DNA from: an uncultured Chloroflexia bacterium
GTDB lineage: Bacteria; Chloroflexota; Anaerolineae; Anaerolineales; UBA11579
Assembly: GCA_963722735.1 (NCBI GenBank)
Contig: CAVROH010000017.1
Span: forward strand, 51,075 to 115,074
Length of the DNA: 64,000 nucleotides
Direction of reading: 5' to 3'
Shown: positions 59,423 through 64,000 of the stretch, piece by piece
How positions within the stretch are numbered: the stretch's first letter is position 1
How the letters are laid out: each line of letters starts with the position of its first letter
Program-made: the position numbers and the translations under genes
The notes under the pieces: model-generated
Databases searched by the model: none
Told to the model about the DNA's origin: nothing
What the model saw: the letters and a program-made list of their open reading frames with translations, nothing else

Positions 59423-60661
59423 CTAGCTGGTGGTGTCTGCCATGTGGATGATATCCGGTTCAGTCGGGGTGCGATCGATCCAGTTATCCGCAAACACGAT
59501 ATCTGCATTTTCCTTGGCGGCGTTCAGCACGTCCGTCAGGGCGGCGAATACCAGGTTATCGATGGTGGTCTGGTCGGCGGGAAGCTCTTCCTTGCCGACG
59601 ATCTGGATCAGATGGAAGCCGAACTGGGTCTCCACCGGTCCAACGATCTCACCAACCTCACCGTTGAAAGCTGCGTCTTCGAACTCCGGGATCATCTGGC
59701 CGCGTCCGAACCAGCCCAAGTCACCGCCGTTGGCGCTGGTGGAATCGGGGTTGTACTCTGCCGCCATTTCGCCGAAGTCGCCGCCGTTGTTCAGCTCATC
59801 GAGGAGCGTTTCGGCGGTTTCCAGGTCCTCCACCAGGATGTGGCGTGCCCAAACCTTTTCCTCAAGGGGGGCGGTGATGCCTTTGGCAAGGTCATCATTC
59901 AGCTTGTCGCGGAACAACTGGATGCGGATCAGGTTCCGGAAGTAAGCTTCATCTACGCCGTAGGGCTTCATCCGGTCCAGGTAGCCTTCCTGGCTGGTCT
60001 CAAAGTCTTCCTGGCTGACAGAGGTTGGCTGGGGTTGGTCTCCCACTGTGGTCACCGCGCCGCTGGCCTCTTCCGCACCAGGGGCGGGGGTGATTAAGGC
60101 AAGCTGGGTGGGGGACATGGTTGAGGTGGGGCGAACTTCACTGACCTCGGCTGTGGGAACACCATCGGGGTAGTAGCCAAACAGGCCGTAGTAATACTCG
60201 TCCAATTCCTCATCTGTCACAGTGATCCCGCGGGATTCGGCTTCCTTGAGGATCAGGAACTCATCAACCATCTGGTTGATGACGGATTCTCCGAGAGAAT
60301 CCGGTTCCAGTTGGGCTTCTATCTGGGACAGATAGTATAGGTAGGTCTGCTGCTGGGTGGGGTCTGTGAGCTGATAGGCATATGACTGGATCGAGTTATA
60401 TTCGTTTACCAGCCGGTCACGCTCCATCTGGACGCGGTTCTGGAAATCACTGGTTTTGATCTCCTGGCCGTCGATCGTCACGATGGTGCTGTTGGGGATG
60501 AAGACGGTGTTGATCAGGATGCCCGCGATGGTCACCACCAGCACCAATCCGACGACCACAAAGGTGGTGATGCTGATTGCCTGGTTGTAGCGTTTCTCCT
60601 GCTCTACGCGTCCCGATCCTGCCCAGGCTTTCCTTTTTCTTTTTTTCTTTTTGTTGAACAT
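59423..60661 (-). CDS. membrane-anchored SurA/PrsA-like peptidylprolyl isomerase (parvulin domain)
   Basis: ORF 59423-60688; start MFNKKKKRKRK at 60661, followed by a TM helix. The parvulin domain reads ARHILVEDLETAETLLDELNNGGDFGEMAAEYN..GGDLGWFGRGQMIPEFEDAAF...FGFHLIQI. Confidence 0.8.
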   Translation of the reverse strand: MFNKKKKRKRKAWAGSGRVEQEKRYNQAISITTFVVVGLVLVVTIAGILINTVFIPNSTIVTIDGQEIKTSDFQNRVQMERDRLVNEYNSIQSYAYQLTDPTQQQTYLYYLSQIEAQLEPDSLGESVINQMVDEFLILKEAESRGITVTDEELDEYYYGLFGYYPDGVPTAEVSEVRPTSTMSPTQLALITPAPGAEEASGAVTTVGDQPQPTSVSQEDFETSQEGYLDRMKPYGVDEAYFRNLIRIQLFRDKLNDDLAKGITAPLEEKVWARHILVEDLETAETLLDELNNGGDFGEMAAEYNPDSTSANGGDLGWFGRGQMIPEFEDAAFNGEVGEIVGPVETQFGFHLIQIVGKEELPADQTTIDNLVFAALTDVLNAAKENADIVFADNWIDRTPTEPDIIHMADTTS

Positions 60662-60721
60662 GGTTTGTCCCTCAAAGATGCAGGGCATAGATCAATGCTA
60701 TGCCCTGGGATCGGTTAGTGG

Positions 60722-61006
60722 TTAGTTCAGGGATTCGCCGGCAAACTGAAGCAAAGCTATGTGGCGGGCGCGTTTGACGGCGACAGCCACGGCGCGCTGG
60801 TGTTTGGCACATGTGCCGGTCTGGCGCCGCGGGCGGATCTTGCCCTCACGGTTGATAAAACCATTGAGCAGTTGGGTGTCGCGGTAATAGATCTTGATAT
60901 CGTGGTCCGAGCAGAACTGGCAGGTGCGCGGTCGGGAGAAATAGCGGCTTTCTCTGCCGCCACCGCCACCACCGGGCCGTCTGCCGCGGGATTCGTCGTT
61001 CATCAC
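60722..61006 (-). CDS. rpsR: 30S ribosomal protein S18
   Basis: CQFCSDHDIKIYYRDTQLLNGFINREGKIRPRRQTGTCAKHQRAVAVAVKRARHIALL. Confidence 0.9.
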   Translation of the reverse strand: MMNDESRGRRPGGGGGGRESRYFSRPRTCQFCSDHDIKIYYRDTQLLNGFINREGKIRPRRQTGTCAKHQRAVAVAVKRARHIALLQFAGESLN

Positions 61007-61047
61007 TCATGTTGTTGTACTCCTTTAATAATTCTTGATTTATTGCC

Positions 61048-61467
61048 CTAGAAGGGGAATTCGTCTTCGGAATCGTCGGGCAAGTCGGGCATTTCATCGG
61101 CATCATCTGCCTCTGCGCCGGCGGCCTTTTTCTTGTTTTTCCCGAGCATGATCATCTCTCGGGCATTGATCTCCACGCTGGTGCGCCGGTTCCCATCGTC
61201 ATCTTCCCATTTACGGGTCTGGAGCCGGCCTTCAACGTAGACTTGCTGCCCTTTGACCAGATATTGATGACAGATCTCTGCCAGGCTGCCCCAGGCAACT
61301 ATGTTGAACCATTCTGTCTCGGTCTTGCGTTCGCCGTCCGAGGTATTCCAACTGCGGCTGACGGCCACATTGAAGTTTGTCACAGCCCGGTGAGACGGGG
61401 TGTAGCGCATCTCAGGATCCCGGCCCAAATGGCCAATGATCTGTACTTTGTTCAATCCTCTGCTCAT
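61048..61467 (-). CDS. ssb: single-stranded DNA-binding protein
   Basis: ORF 61048-61494; start MSRGLNKVQIIGHLGRDPEMRYTPS at 61467. OB-fold blocks are present, and the acidic tail ends DDSEDEFPF. Confidence 0.9.
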   Translation of the reverse strand: MSRGLNKVQIIGHLGRDPEMRYTPSHRAVTNFNVAVSRSWNTSDGERKTETEWFNIVAWGSLAEICHQYLVKGQQVYVEGRLQTRKWEDDDGNRRTSVEINAREMIMLGKNKKKAAGAEADDADEMPDLPDDSEDEFPF

Positions 61468-61560
61468 GTCATCCTCCCAAAAAACTGATTCCAAACAGAA
61501 TTCACATTCCAGGCAGGTAATGACTTTACGCCTCGCGGCTTCATATGGTTCTCGGCGAGA

Positions 61561-61850
61561 TCAATTCTCGTCTGCGATGACCATGAAGCGCATTACGGAT
61601 TCCATCAGTCCGAGATTGCGTTCCAACTCAATGATGAAAGTCGGGGGCATTTCGGTCTTCAAGAAGACATACTGGCCTTCTTTCTGCTTGCGGATCTCGT
61701 AAGCAAGTTTTTTCTTGCCGACGATCTCGGCCTTGGTGACTTTGCCACCACGCAGTCTTCGATCAGGCCCTGGATCCGTTCTACCGCTTCCTTAAAAGCG
61801 GTCTCATCCAGATCTGGATGAATGATGTATGCAAGTTCATATTGGCGCAT
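61561..61850 (-). pseudogene. rpsF: 30S ribosomal protein S6; one frameshift at about 61750 (probably an assembly error)
   Basis: MRQYELAYIIHPDLDETAFKEAVERIQGLIED (ORF 61659-61850) continues in another frame as ..GGKVTKAEIVGKKKLAYEIRKQKEGQYVFLKTEMPPTFIIELERNLGLMESVMRFMVIADEN*. The span is 290 nt, not a multiple of 3. Confidence 0.85.
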
Positions 61851-61971
61851 GAAAGGTTTCCTCCTTTCCCTGGGATAGCCCCTGGGCAGGACGCCTGCCT
61901 GCCAGAAGCGGAAAGTGAGCGATTACGGGAAGGTCCCGTTAGAATCGGCGTCACGAACCTGGATTTTAGCA
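61851..61971 (-). promoter_or_regulatory. rpsF promoter and structured 5' leader (candidate S6:S18 autoregulatory leader)
   Basis: The minus strand shows TGCTAAAAT (extended -10, rc of 61963-61971), then a leader of about 105 nt. Its hairpins are ACGGGA-cct-TCCCGT, GGCAGG-caggcgt-CCTGCC and GAAAGG-aggaaa-CCTTTC. The last one overlaps the SD directly before the ATG. Confidence 0.3.
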
Positions 61972-62057
61972 CAAAGGTGGGTTTTGGGTAGAGGTGAACA
62001 GAAGGTAGCAGGAAGTAGGTAGAAGGTAGTTCCACTCGCTGGTTGCAGCTTACTCCC

Positions 62058-62451
62058 TCACTCAAAGGTCAATAAATATTCCACCAGAGCATTCAAATCC
62101 TCGTCACTGAGGCTGATGCCGTAGGTGGCGGGCATCAGATTCTGAAAGCCCTCGTTGATGTATGCGCTTGGCTCCAGAATGGATTGCTCGATGTAGCCGT
62201 GGGCGTCCAGGCCGTCTACTATTCCACCGGCGCGGGAGGCCAGCCCGATTATGGACGGGCCAACGAGGGTATCCTGACTGGTAGTGGAATGGCAGGCCGA
62301 GCAATTGGCATTGAAGACTGTCTTTCCGGTTTCGATGAGCGCAGCGTTGACCGGGTCGGTTTCGGGCGCCATGCTGCCGATTCCGGGTGGTGCTGCAACC
62401 TGCCAGAATTAACAGCAGGATCAGGGCGGTGAGTATCAGGGTTCTTTTCAT
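62058..62451 (-). pseudogene. c-type cytochrome lipoprotein; one frameshift at about 62385
   Basis: The signal/lipobox MKRTLILTALILLLILAGC (ORF 62104-62451) joins ORF 62058-62372, which has the heme motif CSACH and a distal Met (NLMPA). The span is 394 nt, not a multiple of 3. Confidence 0.75.
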
Positions 62452-62452
62452 G

Positions 62453-63187
62453 TCAGTTGTCCTCCGCTAATTGGACGTAGATGCGTTTGTTGATCTTGCC
62501 TTTGGATTTGTAATCGCTGATCGTGATCTTGCCGACCTCGGAGGTATTCGCCACATGGGTGCCGCCGTCCGCTTGCAGGTCGAGGTCTTTGATCTCCACC
62601 ACGCGCACCTCGGTGATGCCCTCGGGCAGCAGGTTGATCTTGGTACGGATCAGGTCGGGGATTTGAAAGGCTTCCTCGCGGGGCAGGATGCGGACCTCCA
62701 GCGGGTGGGCCTTATCAACCTCGGCGTTGATGGATGCCTCGATCTCGGCGACCAGCTCCTGGCGCATGGTCTCAAACTCGAAATCCATGCGTCCCTGGAG
62801 GGGTTCCATATTCCCACCGGTGACCTGTGCGCCATAATCCCGGAAGACCACGCCGCAGAGGATGTGCATGGCGGTATGGGTGCGCATGAGCATATAGCGG
62901 CGATCCCAGTCCAGCTCCCCGGTGACTGAGGTGCCAGCGGAGGGAAGCTGGCTGTCTGGATCGAGAAAATGGAGAATCTCGCCGCCAACGCGCTTGACCT
63001 TTACCACCTGGATTGTTTCGCTGCCCACGAGCATTGTCCCAACATCGTTGGGCTGCCCACCGCCGCCGGGGTAGAAAGCGGTTTGGTCGAGGACTACGGC
63101 GTGCTGCTCAGCATCGGCTGCGGTGACCTCGGCCTGGAAGGATTTGAGGTAGCTGTCGGTCTGGAATAGAAGTTTGGTCATGGTCAT
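62453..63187 (-). CDS. alanyl-tRNA editing protein (AlaX-M type, tRNA(Ala) deacylase)
   Basis: TAFYPGGGGQPND, RTHTAMHIL (HxxxH zinc motif) and DGGTHVANTSEVG. Confidence 0.85.
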   Translation of the reverse strand: MTMTKLLFQTDSYLKSFQAEVTAADAEQHAVVLDQTAFYPGGGGQPNDVGTMLVGSETIQVVKVKRVGGEILHFLDPDSQLPSAGTSVTGELDWDRRYMLMRTHTAMHILCGVVFRDYGAQVTGGNMEPLQGRMDFEFETMRQELVAEIEASINAEVDKAHPLEVRILPREEAFQIPDLIRTKINLLPEGITEVRVVEIKDLDLQADGGTHVANTSEVGKITISDYKSKGKINKRIYVQLAEDN

Positions 63188-63194
63188 TTCCCTT

Positions 63195-63869
63195 TTATGT
63201 CAGTGGCTGGATGTTCTCCGGCGACTCATTCCCCGGGCTGTTGACCGAGGTGGAGACCGGGTAGGCGACCATCTCTTCAGCGGGGTAGGCAGTCAGGAGG
63301 TGCTGGAGTTCCTCCGGGCGTTTCTCTTCTTTTGCCAGCCAGAGCGGGTAATCCTTCGGTTTGAGGATCACCGGCATGCGAGCGTGGATCTTGCCGACCA
63401 GCGGATTCGGTTCGGTGGTGATGATCGTGGCGGATTTTAGCTGAGAGCCTTCCGGGCTTTGCCACTCTTCCCACAGGCCGGCGAAGGCAAACGGTGCGCC
63501 GTCTTCCATGCGGAAGTAATAGGGCTGTTTGGTCTTCTGGCCGGGGATCGCGGCCCACTCATAAAACCCGTCCGCCAGGATCAGGCAGCGGCGGCGTTTG
63601 TAGGGATTCTTGAAGGAATTCTTCTCGGCAAGGGTTTCACTGCGGGCATTGATCATCCGGCTGCCGATGCTGGGGTCCTTGGCCCAGAAGGGGATCAGCC
63701 CCCAGACAAAGTGGTCGATGGCATTGCGCCCGTCATTGGGGATGGCGGCAATCGGCTGAGTGGGGGCGATATTATAACGGGGCACGATCTGGGGCGGGAT
63801 CGAGTCCAGCCAGGGGAAGTAGGTCTGGATCGAATCCGCATCTACAGTCAGTGTAAAACGTCCACACAT
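63195..63869 (-). CDS. SOS response-associated peptidase (SRAP/YedK family, abasic-site crosslinking)
   Basis: MCGRF (catalytic Cys2), YNIAPTQ, INARSETL and ILADGFYEW. Confidence 0.9.
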   Translation of the reverse strand: MCGRFTLTVDADSIQTYFPWLDSIPPQIVPRYNIAPTQPIAAIPNDGRNAIDHFVWGLIPFWAKDPSIGSRMINARSETLAEKNSFKNPYKRRRCLILADGFYEWAAIPGQKTKQPYYFRMEDGAPFAFAGLWEEWQSPEGSQLKSATIITTEPNPLVGKIHARMPVILKPKDYPLWLAKEEKRPEELQHLLTAYPAEEMVAYPVSTSVNSPGNESPENIQPLT

Positions 63870-63871
63870 AA

Positions 63872-64000
63872 TTATTTTCCTTTCAATTTACCATACCCGC
63901 CACCGCCAGGGGTTCGAATCGAGAGGATGTCGCCGGGGAGCAGTTCGAAGGTGCCTTTGTTGGGTAATTGTATCGCCTCTCCATCCCGGAAAACGAGGTT
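63872..64000 (-). CDS. hydantoinase B/oxoprolinase family protein, C-terminal 42 codons only (gene runs off the right edge)
   Basis: The reverse strand reads ..NLVFRDGEAIQLPNKGTFELLPGDILSIRTPGGGGYGKLKGK*. The GD....TPGGGGYG ending is typical of HyuB/OplaH C-termini. Confidence 0.5.
   Translation of the reverse strand, partial: NLVFRDGEAIQLPNKGTFELLPGDILSIRTPGGGGYGKLKGK

Noticed and set aside
63905-63920. GGTTCGAATC, a tRNA T-arm-like string
   Set aside because: It lies inside the hydantoinase-B-like coding sequence (..SIRTPGGGG.. on the minus strand), and no acceptor or anticodon arms can be built around it. I found no tRNA anywhere in the window.

Overview
This is a 64-kb chromosomal segment with about 60 protein genes. 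I saw no rRNA, tRNA, CRISPR array, transposase or integrase. Gene content (asp23-nusB-tatA, rpsF-ssb-rpsR, long GAF/PAS signalling proteins, TPTP-linker surface proteins, many TATAAT boxes with very short leaders) suggests an uncultivated Chloroflexota/Anaerolineae-like bacterium, but that placement is inference only.

Main blocks, left to right:
- rpsT (5' end only), a membrane protein, an epoxide-hydrolase-like gene and a sulfotransferase.
- A DUF948/YtxH pair, then an asp23-nusB-tatA-lipoprotein operon and rpmF.
- A cell-surface protein operon (10.3-14.6 kb).
- LysR next to a c-di-GMP pair: a GGDEF cyclase and a GAF/PAS HD-GYP phosphodiesterase.
- ADP-forming acetyl-CoA synthetase.
- A sugar-utilisation block: GH2 beta-galactosidase, GH31, a GH127-like gene and an MFS transporter.
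- A DNA methyltransferase followed by a small Smr-like gene.
- azlCD, prfB (with its canonical +1 programmed frameshift) and ftsY.
- A psd-pssA-DUF374-FGE operon.
- A MoaD-like carrier next to a ThrC-like PLP enzyme, then rnc-smc.
- rpsF-ssb-rpsR, alaX and an SRAP peptidase.

Major caveat: about 25 genes are split over two or more frames. These include the normally essential single-copy genes ftsY, smc and rpsF, so most breaks are probably assembly indels rather than real pseudogenes. The breaks are strongly clustered at 16-23 kb, 27.9-40.5 kb and 54.7-58.3 kb. I report such genes as full-span 'pseudogene' features and list their ORF-track fragments.

Most interesting leads:
- The MTase + Smr-like pair.
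- A roughly 190-bp diverged direct repeat bracketing the GH127-like gene.
- Stop-codon-rich (GTAG)n-like tracts in at least six intergenic spacers, all in one orientation.
- A motif-dense 352-bp spacer at 41.1-41.4 kb.
- The MoaD/ThrC-like pair.

I found no recognisable defence or mobile system. Hand-indexed coordinates may be off by 1-2 nt.
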